IMG/VR virus record: IMGVR_UViG_3300032032_000001
Coordinates: 84,365-148,364 of that record
Strand: one strand, 5' to 3'
From: a virus
Length of the DNA: 64,000 bases
Below are positions 54,911 through 63,701 of the stretch, piece after piece. The notes beneath the pieces are model-generated. The model worked only from the letters and a program-made list of their open reading frames with translations, did not search any database and was not told the origin of the DNA. The translations under genes were made by a program, and so were the position numbers. Each line of letters begins with the position of its first letter. Position 1 is the first letter of the stretch.

Positions 54911-57032
54911 TCATGCTCACCGTCTTTTTCTTTTTGTTATTCCTTTCTGGGTTATGTCTTGTAATGCCCCTCATGGAGAGGCAACCGACGCAAGTGGTTC
55001 GCCGAGACTCCTACTCGACGCGGAAGAGGTCCCAATTATTGGTGACGACGCAGGAAGTGACTCCGACGAGGAATCCTGCCTACCCCATTGCGGAGAAGAG
55101 TATGAGTACCAGCAGCGATGCTGGAAAATCGAGATGTTCTTCTGCACACCTGATGGAGACTTACCCGGGGGAGATCCATCTATCCACATGCAAGCCATCA
55201 TTATCGATAAGTGCGACGCGGAGGGGAATCCGTGCGTACCAGAGTATCCAAACGACCCCGACTGCCCGTGGCAAATCATCGACATGGGAGAGTGCGAAGG
55301 GTGGCTCGAATGTGACCCCACCAACCCAGACGAACAGCTCCAAGAGGACGTACCCTGCCAAGACGTGGACGAACAGGGAAATGAGTACTACGGAACCCAG
55401 GACATCGTCTGTGAGAAGGGTCAGCTTATCGCAGGACCATGTGAACCCTGTAGTGAGGAGATCTGTGACGCTATTGACAACGACTGCGACGGAATCGTGG
55501 ACGAGGGACTATATCCTTGCTCAAGTGAATGCGGAGAGGGAGAGGCTGTTTGCATCGAAGGGGAACTATTCTTCTGTACCGCACCAGAGCCCGAAGAAGA
55601 GATATGTGACTACGAAGACAACGATTGCGACGGCCTTGTGGATGAGGGTCAGCGCAATGCTTGCGATGAGTGCGGTGGTGTCCCTGCTGATATATGCAAT
55701 GGGCTAGACGATGACTGTGATGGAGAGATAGACGAGGACCTCATACAAGCGTGTGAGACCCTTTGCGAAGCGGGGTTCCAAAGTTGCGTAGGTGGGCAAT
55801 GGGGACCCTGCTCCGCACAAGCCCCACTAGACGAACAGTGCAACGGGTTCGACGATGATTGCAACGGCCTAGTTGATGATGGGCTAATGTGTGAGTGTAG
55901 TCCCGAGGACATAGGAACACTGGTCCCGTGCATGGAGGACCCTCTGGTTTGCGGTCAGGGGTTTAAGACATGTGAATGCTTGGATCCCATGTGCTTTCAG
56001 ACAGCGATGACACCGTGCAAGGCGGCCTGTTACTACATACCGCAGCAGCAGGGGATCTGTGATGAAGTCTTAGGACTTATCCTGCCAGAGACGTGTAATA
56101 ACTGGGACGATAACTGTAACCAACTGACTGACGAAGATCTTGTTACAGGGTGCTACTCCGGACCACCCGGCACCGCGAACGTTGGTATCTGCCTCCCTGG
56201 GGAGGTTACCTGTGTAGCTGGCCAGTGGGGGAGCTACCTAGATCCAGACACGCCAGCAGACTTCATACCAGACCTTTGTTACGGAGAAGTCCTTCCCCTT
56301 CCAGAAGATATATGCAACGGCGCTGATGATAATTGCGACGGCATTATTGAAGAGGAGATGGAGCCAACCGACATCGTTTTCATTATCGATGGGTCAGGCT
56401 CAATGTCTGACAGTATTGACGCCGTCATTAACTCTTTGACGCAGTTTGCCGCCAACTACTCTGACGCTGAAGTCATTCAGTGGGGCCTCGTTGTCGGACC
56501 AATGGATGACGAGCAACTGGTCGCGGTTCAGAACCTCGCCCCATTCATGCAATTTATGCAAGCACTAATAAACCTGCCACCGGACGTTGGGAGTTCTGGT
56601 GGTAACGAGATGCTCTACGATGCGCTCTACTTAGTGCTCCATAACCTAATCGACGCAAATGATCTACCACATAGCATTGCAGACCTTGCGTGGAACCCTG
56701 GGGTCGGTGGGTCTGTTCCGCCCGCCCCACAATTTTCCTTTAACTGGCGTGATGATGCTCATCACGTAGTTGTGGTTTTCACAGATGAGCCTGGGCAAAG
56801 CTATGTAACGCCCGAGGTTACACAACAAAACATATTAGATGTCTTGCTGCTTATTGACGATGTCAATGTGTATGCCTTCACGACACCGATGACTATGGAA
56901 AACGCGGCCCTTTCAGAGAATGGGTGGCTACCCGTCTGCGTAAACGGCGGCTGGTACGAGCTATCGAGCGGTATTGAGGACATGTACACAGATCTTACGG
57001 AGGTAATTGATGAGACAGTGTGTGGTGACTAG
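54900..57032 (+). CDS. Lipoprotein with myxobacterial-type Cys/Asp repeats and C-terminal vWA domain
   Basis: Lipobox-like VMSC; six (E/D)xC(D/N)xxD(N/D)(D/N)C(D/N)xxxDE-type repeats; MIDAS DGSGSM, VFTDE. Confidence 0.8.
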   Translation: MNFSHAHRLFLFVIPFWVMSCNAPHGEATDASGSPRLLLDAEEVPIIGDDAGSDSDEESCLPHCGEEYEYQQRCWKIEMFFCTPDGDLPGGDPSIHMQAIIIDKCDAEGNPCVPEYPNDPDCPWQIIDMGECEGWLECDPTNPDEQLQEDVPCQDVDEQGNEYYGTQDIVCEKGQLIAGPCEPCSEEICDAIDNDCDGIVDEGLYPCSSECGEGEAVCIEGELFFCTAPEPEEEICDYEDNDCDGLVDEGQRNACDECGGVPADICNGLDDDCDGEIDEDLIQACETLCEAGFQSCVGGQWGPCSAQAPLDEQCNGFDDDCNGLVDDGLMCECSPEDIGTLVPCMEDPLVCGQGFKTCECLDPMCFQTAMTPCKAACYYIPQQQGICDEVLGLILPETCNNWDDNCNQLTDEDLVTGCYSGPPGTANVGICLPGEVTCVAGQWGSYLDPDTPADFIPDLCYGEVLPLPEDICNGADDNCDGIIEEEMEPTDIVFIIDGSGSMSDSIDAVINSLTQFAANYSDAEVIQWGLVVGPMDDEQLVAVQNLAPFMQFMQALINLPPDVGSSGGNEMLYDALYLVLHNLIDANDLPHSIADLAWNPGVGGSVPPAPQFSFNWRDDAHHVVVVFTDEPGQSYVTPEVTQQNILDVLLLIDDVNVYAFTTPMTMENAALSENGWLPVCVNGGWYELSSGIEDMYTDLTEVIDETVCGD

Positions 57033-57034
57033 AG

Positions 57035-57602
57035 ATGGATGCAAAAATTTATGGCGCAGGAGAGAACCCTAAGGTGTTCGGAAGGGGCACGAGAGTTCGT
57101 TTGCGTAGAGATCTACGAGTGAGCAAACCCATGCCAAACGGAGTCATGGAGGAATCAGTGATACGCAAGGGAGAGAAGGGGACCATAGAATCTGTTTTCC
57201 CCTACCGCGTAATACAGATGGATGATGGGTCCGAACTCAAGCTGCATAGAAGCATAAAACTTGTGGACGAGCTAGAGATCGTGGTCGAGAGAGGAAAGCT
57301 TAGACTTGTCTGAGTGTCATATTAGGACGGTTAAATTGAACGGGGACGTATTATACGAAGTTGGGACTAGGCTTAGATTTCGCAAGCCAATAGATATACT
57401 TGTGCTTAAAGGCGATGAACAAGAGACCCATACAATAGAGCCCGGAATTGAGTGTGAGATCGTATCAGTCGGCGAGGAACCAGCTGTAGAAATAACAAGC
57501 GATGCAGTCCTTGGAGTTTTACGCCTCTGGTTATCTCCAGATGTTGATTGGCCAGACTATTTCGATGTAATACAATACAGACACCTTATTGTTGTGAAGT
57601 GA
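57035..57602 (+). CDS. Two tandem small SH3-like paralogs (57035-57313, 57306-57602)
   Basis: GTRVRLRRDL..IRKGEKGTIESV versus GTRLRFRKPI..IEPGIECEIVSV. Confidence 0.55.
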
Positions 57603-57609
57603 GCCCCTA

Positions 57610-57927
57610 ATGTACCGACCCCTACCCCCATCTGTAACAATCTCAAATTCGGACATACACGGCCTAGGGCTGTTTGCCGCTACAATCATACCCGGGGATG
57701 TGGAGATAGGTATCTCGCATATAAGGGATTCTCGTTTTGAACACGGGTGGATAAGAACCCCATTAGGGGCGTTCTACAATCACTCTGAGGATCCTAACTG
57801 CAAGAAGACGGTTAGCTTTTGTGGTCGCTTTTTATACCTGATAGCGCTTAGGGAGATATCGGCGGGCGAAGAGATCACCGTTAAGTACACGCTATACGAG
57901 CTTAGTGCGCCGCAAGCCACCCCATAA
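57610..57927 (+). CDS. SET-domain protein
   Basis: SDIHGLGLFA, YNHSEDPNC, GEEITVKY. Confidence 0.85.
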   Translation: MYRPLPPSVTISNSDIHGLGLFAATIIPGDVEIGISHIRDSRFEHGWIRTPLGAFYNHSEDPNCKKTVSFCGRFLYLIALREISAGEEITVKYTLYELSAPQATP

Positions 57928-58108
57928 CAAAACCTCCTACGAGCGCCATAATAACCACCCCTACCCATATGGCCACATTCGACTGTGACTGTTGTGGCGG
58001 CGGGTTGTTTATGATTATCGGCTGGTTACTTCGGGGGATAGCGGTTGGATTCTCGTGACCACACTTCTCACACTCGGTTGTATATACGTTGTGACTCAAC
58101 CAGCACAC
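57902..58108 (-). CDS. Zn-ribbon plus TM microprotein
   Basis: C..H...CEKC and C-terminal hydrophobic helix. Confidence 0.45.
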   Translation of the reverse strand: MCWLSHNVYTTECEKCGHENPTAIPRSNQPIIINNPPPQQSQSNVAIWVGVVIMALVGGFVMGWLAAH

Positions 58109-58150
58109 CCATACCTAAAAAGGAGGGCGCAAGCGCCCCCCCGAAACAGC

Positions 58151-58309
58151 CTAAGCTATTTCAACTAAATCCACCCAGCGGATAATGTCCCCGCCATCCC
58201 TCGCGTCATAGTATTTGATCTTAACGCTGTGGCCAGAGATCTCAATAACCTTAGCGTATTGTCCACCAGGGCCGATTGAATGAACCAGAACTTGATCGCC
58301 AATTTTCAT
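58151..58309 (-). CDS. 52-aa SH3/KOW-like protein (not in ORF track)
   Basis: Hand translation MKIGDQVLVHSIGPGGQYAKVIEISGHSVKIKYYD...; TGATG overlap with upstream gene. Confidence 0.55.
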   Translation of the reverse strand: MKIGDQVLVHSIGPGGQYAKVIEISGHSVKIKYYDARDGGDIIRWVDLVEIA

Positions 58310-59085
58310 CATCTTTTCTCCATTGTGGGTTTAAGCCAAATATCCTTACCAAGGATTTCCTTTTGAAGGTCTTGGTGCACCATTGATCCGAATAGAACCT
58401 GAGATGTTATTACTGAATCATACTTGAGCATCTTGTGCAGTTCTTCGCGAACCCTTTCTCGGCTCACATTCTCCAGAAGGTCGGTAATCTTAAACCCAGC
58501 GTAACTAGGCTCTTGAACCACACCGTCCTGAACAAGTCTGTTCCGATAAAGCATTTTGGACAAATCTTCGCTGAGCGTTAGACCTTTGGTCACAAAGAAC
58601 CTAAGAGCCCGTAGAATTCGAAGTGAGTCTTCCTCGATCCGTTCAGCAGAGTTACCTACACACCGTATGACTCCTTTCTCAATGTCCTTGCGTCCACCGA
58701 ATGGATCAATGACCTCAGCGTAATACCCAACCAAACTCGCCCACCCATCTAGATTCACTGAACGAGCAATAGCATTCATTGTGAAGTCACGACGAGCCAA
58801 GTCATCTTCCAGTGTCCCTGGCTCAACACTGTCAGGATGGCGTCCATCGCTATATGCCCCATCCTTTCGGGCCAGGACAACATCCATGACCTCGTTGTTA
58901 ACAAGGCCGCGAATGGTGAAGAAGTTCGGCGTTACGAGGAACACCTTGTCCATCACATCATTGCTCCACCGAAGAAGCTCTCCCCACCCACCGTCGCATA
59001 CAGCGACATAGTCTCGATCTTTGTTTTCAAGTCCGAGGATCTCATCGCGGATAGATCCGCCCACCTCGTATAGTTGCACTGCCAT
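58309..59085 (-). CDS. tRNA nucleotidyltransferase (CCA-adding/poly(A) polymerase family)
   Basis: VGGSIRD, DRD, DLARRDFTMNA, DPFGG, EDSLRILRALRF, SRERVREE. Confidence 0.9.
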   Translation of the reverse strand: MAVQLYEVGGSIRDEILGLENKDRDYVAVCDGGWGELLRWSNDVMDKVFLVTPNFFTIRGLVNNEVMDVVLARKDGAYSDGRHPDSVEPGTLEDDLARRDFTMNAIARSVNLDGWASLVGYYAEVIDPFGGRKDIEKGVIRCVGNSAERIEEDSLRILRALRFFVTKGLTLSEDLSKMLYRNRLVQDGVVQEPSYAGFKITDLLENVSRERVREELHKMLKYDSVITSQVLFGSMVHQDLQKEILGKDIWLKPTMEKR

Positions 59086-59096
59086 ACGGCACTTCC

Positions 59097-59408
59097 TTAG
59101 AAATTGAATGCAAACTTCTCAACCGCCTGAACCTCATCCTGGTCGGTCAATCCGCAGCACATGTTTACATGCGAGTGCCACCAAATGGACAAACCGCTCT
59201 CTTTCTCCCGTTCAATGTGCTCAATAGTCTGGTCTACGTCAGCCCCAGCGTAGTGGTACCCACCGACCGCCCACCAACCACCACCACGGTAATAGATCTT
59301 TGCACCACTACGGTGCATGTTTTCATTCCCATTGAGGATCAGATTATTGCCGCCGAGAACATTTCTCATAACGCTGAAACGCGCTTGGACCTTTACCTGA
59401 GTCTTCAT
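59097..59408 (-). CDS. Degenerate mini JAB-like protein
   Basis: WWHSHVNM identical to the JAB at 22546-23547; AGGAG SD. Confidence 0.65.
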   Translation of the reverse strand: MKTQVKVQARFSVMRNVLGGNNLILNGNENMHRSGAKIYYRGGGWWAVGGYHYAGADVDQTIEHIEREKESGLSIWWHSHVNMCCGLTDQDEVQAVEKFAFNF

Positions 59409-59455
59409 AGTCTCCTCCTTGTTGCGTGTTAATTAGATGGTCTTCCATCATAATT

Positions 59456-59484
59456 CTTATACCCAACACGCACATCGGTATTGC
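59456..59484 (-). promoter_or_regulatory. Promoter GCAA-N17-GGTATAAG
   Basis: Exact motif match. Confidence 0.75.
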
Positions 59485-59762
59485 GAGTATTACAGACTAA
59501 TAAATAAGTACAGATTGTATATCATAGTACGTCGTCACACACCAAATATCAGGTTAGACTAAAAGTGCGAATTTATGCTCTAATAGACCTACGACCCCTC
59601 TGTCAGTACGCGCTATCATTCGTATTGGCGGATTTATTTTTTGGTGTTTTTTATTACCGATTTCACACGTAATATTAGTAGTAGGCGATCACTAGGTCTA
59701 GCGATGGGCGCTATATCGAGTGTGAAACCGGTGACTTAACATACCATTGAAGGAGGTAAACT

Positions 59763-61661
59763 ATGTCACACAAAGTAAAAATAGAGTCTGCACAGATTCA
59801 TGAAGCGGTCGAGAAGGACCTCGGACTTGATATTGGGCAGGCAGAACTTAGGAAGGGGCTAAAGGCCGCAGCAGATGAACTGTCGCGAGCCGAAAAGAAC
59901 CTTAAAGACATTGCTGCTAAGGCCCGTACGGACTTTGAAGCGGCAGATAAGCGTATTGAGGATGAGTCCAAGCAACGCGACTCGGCTCTTGGAGATAGGG
60001 TCGATGGTCTATCTAAGGATATCACCGCGAGGCTTTCCAAGCTTCAGATGTCTTTTATTAGTCCAATTTCGGGTATCTACACTACTCAGGCTGCTGCGGA
60101 TTCCGCAACCGAACCTGGGGAGATGGCTGCTGTTTCAGGCAGCCCTGTTGAGGGTGACCCGTTTGCCAGCTTCGCAGGATCCATTCTGGTTCGTGTCGAG
60201 GGCAGCGGAGACGCTGTAGGTAGTTGGAGTGTAGCCACTGATACCAATGGGGAGTCTCTCGCTAGAGAAGGCACTGTCGCTCTAAACAGAGATACTGATG
60301 ACTTGTGTATGTGGACGGACTTCTCCGGTGCGATGGCCCCTATGGGATCGTTCCTAGAGGATTCATTATGCAGCGCCGAGGAAGCACGCAGCAACTTCAA
60401 AAACCTAAGAGGTAAGATTGAAGATGAGGCTGAATCTCGAATCAACACTGACGAAAAGCTTTCCATTCGTATCTCCGAAGCCATTGAGGCTCTCGAAGCG
60501 TATTCTGATGCAGCGGATGCTGCTCAGTCAGTAGAGCTTAGTTCTGAGTACACGTCCCTTTTCGAAGAGGCGAAACATGCACTGGCTGCGCACACCAAGC
60601 AACAGGCTGCGCTCAACGCTGCTATGCAGAGCGGTATTTCCAAAAATACTAGTGCGGTTCAGGACGTTGATAGAAATCTGCGTGCGGCTGAGAAGTATCT
60701 TCAACAGAAGATCGCTGAGACCGAGGTTCGTGCACAGCAGCAGAATGATCTTTTAGAGACGAGAGTCACTGAAAGCGTTAATTCTGCTGACGCTCTCTTA
60801 GGAAAGCGTATCGATGAGTTATCCCGAGCTACTGCGAAGGTTGACGCACGTCATGATGCGGAGATTGCTGAGGAAGGTGCGACTCGTGCGAATGAGGACA
60901 AGCGTATTGAAGCGCAATTGGCCAGCGCGGCCAAAAGCTTAGAGACGCTTATCGTTACCACAAACAGTGAGCAGGATGTGGCCACGGAAGCGCTTGCTGC
61001 GCAACTTCGTGCTGAATCCAATGCTGCTGATGCGGCGCATGACAAGAAGCTTGATCAAAACAAGAATGCCATCGAGGATGAGCAGTATAAAAGGGAGTTC
61101 GAAGACAAGAATATCAGAAGTGATATTAAATACCATGAGTATGAGAATCAGAGAATGTTTCAAATGCTCATGGCTATGGCTGAGGAGCGTTTTGCGGACC
61201 TGGAGACTAAGCTGTTTAGTTGGTCTACTGTTCCGGGAGACGATGACTTCTCGGTTGATTTCTATGAGACCGGTAACGTTGGGAACTTCGTTGTTGGATC
61301 TTTGACGAAAGATATCTACGTCAATCTTCCTGAGGAGGGGCGAGTCCATGACAAGCCTGATCCATATGCGTACACCCCAGAGTTGGTCCATGGTGATGAT
61401 GGAGAATACTCGGTAAAGGGTGGGCTTAAGTCTGATATGACTCAGGCTTTCTCGAAGGTTGCGATTGAGGATTGGGAACCAACCATGGTCAGATGTGATC
61501 TTGAGGGTGAAACCGTCAAGGTTAAGATCAGTGAAACCAATGGTTTCCAGGTCACCGTCAGGGCCAAGTGCATGATCGACGGGAAGCAGGGATATGTATT
61601 ACCTGTATCCGGCGGCTCGGTTGAGTTCGTGTACACGGCTGGTGAGTGGAAGATCCGTTAA
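59763..61661 (+). CDS. Long coiled-coil protein, possible virion fibre
   Basis: AAGGAGG SD, repeated E..R...D..L heptads, beta-rich C-terminal domain. Confidence 0.6.
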   Translation: MSHKVKIESAQIHEAVEKDLGLDIGQAELRKGLKAAADELSRAEKNLKDIAAKARTDFEAADKRIEDESKQRDSALGDRVDGLSKDITARLSKLQMSFISPISGIYTTQAAADSATEPGEMAAVSGSPVEGDPFASFAGSILVRVEGSGDAVGSWSVATDTNGESLAREGTVALNRDTDDLCMWTDFSGAMAPMGSFLEDSLCSAEEARSNFKNLRGKIEDEAESRINTDEKLSIRISEAIEALEAYSDAADAAQSVELSSEYTSLFEEAKHALAAHTKQQAALNAAMQSGISKNTSAVQDVDRNLRAAEKYLQQKIAETEVRAQQQNDLLETRVTESVNSADALLGKRIDELSRATAKVDARHDAEIAEEGATRANEDKRIEAQLASAAKSLETLIVTTNSEQDVATEALAAQLRAESNAADAAHDKKLDQNKNAIEDEQYKREFEDKNIRSDIKYHEYENQRMFQMLMAMAEERFADLETKLFSWSTVPGDDDFSVDFYETGNVGNFVVGSLTKDIYVNLPEEGRVHDKPDPYAYTPELVHGDDGEYSVKGGLKSDMTQAFSKVAIEDWEPTMVRCDLEGETVKVKISETNGFQVTVRAKCMIDGKQGYVLPVSGGSVEFVYTAGEWKIR

Positions 61662-61686
61662 TCTCTAACTAAAGGTTTTTACCTTA

Positions 61687-61717
61687 ACGGGGTGGCTTCG
61701 GCTGCCCCGTTTTTTTA
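61687..61717 (+). terminator. Intrinsic terminator
   Basis: ACGGGGTGGC-TTCG-GCTGCCCCGT followed by T-run. Confidence 0.85.
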
Positions 61718-61958
61718 TGTACTACGTAAAAAAAGGCCAGGGGGATTTCTCCCCCCGACCTCCGGTAGAATAAACGGCGTTCTTTATAAGCAGCATTACC
61801 CGCTCACCGCTCAGTCCGTCCTACCTACCTGCTGCTTTCACATGCAGAACATCAAAACCGTGAAAACATACAAAGAACACATGAGAAAGAAAGCGCCGCC
61901 GAGTTCTTGCCAGAACGTCTTCGGATCCTCCTTGTAGAGTTCAATGAGTTCTTTCATT

Positions 61959-62459
61959 TTAATCGCTCCCATTTTCCAGAGATGAAGGACGGAGGTAAGC
62001 TCCTGCCAAATCATCTTGTCCATCAGCGACCAGTGCGTGCTCTTTCCAGAACGCAACACAGTCCGCGTACTCTTTAGTTTCACGTGCGTCCCAAGGCTCG
62101 CGAGGGCTGGATGATCCTGCACGAGTACCGTACATAGTGAAGCAGGCCCCTCCGCGTAAGCCGATAACAACGAGGTTGCGGGCTTCTCGATTAGGCCTAC
62201 GCACCAATCGGGATGGGCCTCGCCGGTTACCGCGTTGCTCGTAGAACACATCGTCCTCATTAACCGGCTCGTCGCCAGCGGAAGGACCATAAAGCCCACA
62301 GGGGACAGAACCGAGATTCTCGGGGAGGGTCACGACTTCGAGAATGAAAGACTCGGGTGCGCGATCAAGAAGAGGGGGAAAGTTTTGGATGTACGCGGTC
62401 TGTTCTTCAGATAGACCGTGATCATCATGAGCAACGTGGGTGAATACAGTGTTCGACAT
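61959..62459 (-). CDS. Hypothetical phage protein
   Basis: AGGAGG SD; LYGPSAGDEPV...R.GPSR...FWKEHAL. Confidence 0.65.
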   Translation of the reverse strand: MSNTVFTHVAHDDHGLSEEQTAYIQNFPPLLDRAPESFILEVVTLPENLGSVPCGLYGPSAGDEPVNEDDVFYEQRGNRRGPSRLVRRPNREARNLVVIGLRGGACFTMYGTRAGSSSPREPWDARETKEYADCVAFWKEHALVADGQDDLAGAYLRPSSLENGSD

Positions 62460-62514
62460 AATGGCCTCCTATAGCCGGGTTGTGATTAGTAAGGAAGATT
62501 TCCCTTACATAATA

Positions 62515-62543
62515 CTTATACCCAAGCAATGGGCCAGTTTTGC
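62515..62543 (-). promoter_or_regulatory. Promoter GCAA-N17-GGTATAAG
   Basis: Exact motif match. Confidence 0.75.
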
Positions 62544-62806
62544 TACCGCTTCTTGTCTTCCCACATCTCCAGAAGAGTACGACACAGATGGGTTATGATA
62601 GCGTTCTGGTCTGAGTTCATTATGTTAAAGCTTCGAGTGCTGGCCTTGCTGAGCCACTCCTCAACTGTTTTCTTATCTAGTTTCTTTTTAGGAACAGGCC
62701 CTGACATCAGCATATCCTTGTTAAAGGCATACACTATTATTACAGCGTAATAGGGGGCAGTCGAATACCACGTAAAAAAAGGGGGACGTAGCGCCCCCCT
62801 TTTTAA

Positions 62807-63331
62807 CTAATACTTACTCTTAACAATGTTTCGACGACGAACATAGAAGGTCGGACTCACGGGTACGGGCTTGGTGCTGATGATGCAGTAGCCATAACCT
62901 AAGTCACAAATCTTCCCTTCGACACCCATCAAGGCCTGCGTCTTCTGCGCGGTGCTGTGGGTGACCACTCCGACAGAGTCCTTCTTAGGCGTCGCTACAC
63001 CTCCAGGGCCTCCGTACCAAAAGTCGGCTGAGATTTTCGCCCAACCATCGTTTTCCAGAGAGCGCCACATATCCATGGCCCTGTCCATACTTCGCGTAGT
63101 TTTCCTTGAGGGGGCAATGCTCCCGCCCTGCGTAAGGATTAAGACAGTCCTGTTTGCCTGGATCACGAAAAGGTACACGAAAGGCTGACCCTTAGATTTG
63201 TCAGCGTCGTCACTCATAAGGTTTCTACAGACTTGCTCGCCAATTCTTGACGGGTCTACAATTAGTTGAGCCTTGTCAACCATAGTTAAATTGAACGTTG
63301 TTGGTTTTGGTCTAGGCTCAATAATTTCCAT
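62807..63331 (-). CDS. Hypothetical protein
   Basis: GAGG SD before MEIIEP; terminator at about 62774-62804. Confidence 0.55.
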   Translation of the reverse strand: MEIIEPRPKPTTFNLTMVDKAQLIVDPSRIGEQVCRNLMSDDADKSKGQPFVYLFVIQANRTVLILTQGGSIAPSRKTTRSMDRAMDMWRSLENDGWAKISADFWYGGPGGVATPKKDSVGVVTHSTAQKTQALMGVEGKICDLGYGYCIISTKPVPVSPTFYVRRRNIVKSKY

Positions 63332-63491
63332 CAGCCTCGCCTCCTTTGTGTTTTTGTTTTCTACTTCTACCTTTAAGGAGGTCGTGCGTTCGCGTGTGAT
63401 GCTTGCCAGCATAGCTGCCAGTTCTCAAGGCCAACCCTAGGCTGGCCAAATTACGCTTCGTTACCTCCTTCTTTTTCCTCATTTTCCTCAT
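63318..63491 (-). CDS. Small basic peptide, ArfA-reminiscent
   Basis: RNLA...AGKH...RKQKHK. Confidence 0.45.
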   Translation of the reverse strand: MRKMRKKKEVTKRNLASLGLALRTGSYAGKHHTRTHDLLKGRSRKQKHKGGEADGNY

Positions 63492-63654
63492 CACGCCATC
63501 CTCCATCGCAGTGCAGCCTTATTTCACAATAAGTGCACGCCTTACACCAGTCACCCGGCTTTGTTGTTATGATGTATTTAACTTCGTCAGTTGTTCCGCA
63601 TCCGGAACAGGACAGATTCTTATTCTCCCAATCAGCAATGTAATCCAAGAACAT
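63451..63654 (-). CDS. Small Zn-finger protein
   Basis: CSGC...CTYC. Confidence 0.5.
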   Translation of the reverse strand: MFLDYIADWENKNLSCSGCGTTDEVKYIITTKPGDWCKACTYCEIRLHCDGGWRDEENEEKEGGNEA

Positions 63655-63701
63655 ATTAGTAGACCTTCCTCACAGTAATACTCCTCCGATACTATATAAG
63701 C

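Noticed and set aside
52410-59680. TATTAG/TATTAA as a late-promoter motif (near 52413, 54501 and 59673)
   Set aside because: Too short and AT-rich to separate from intergenic background by eye; needs motif statistics
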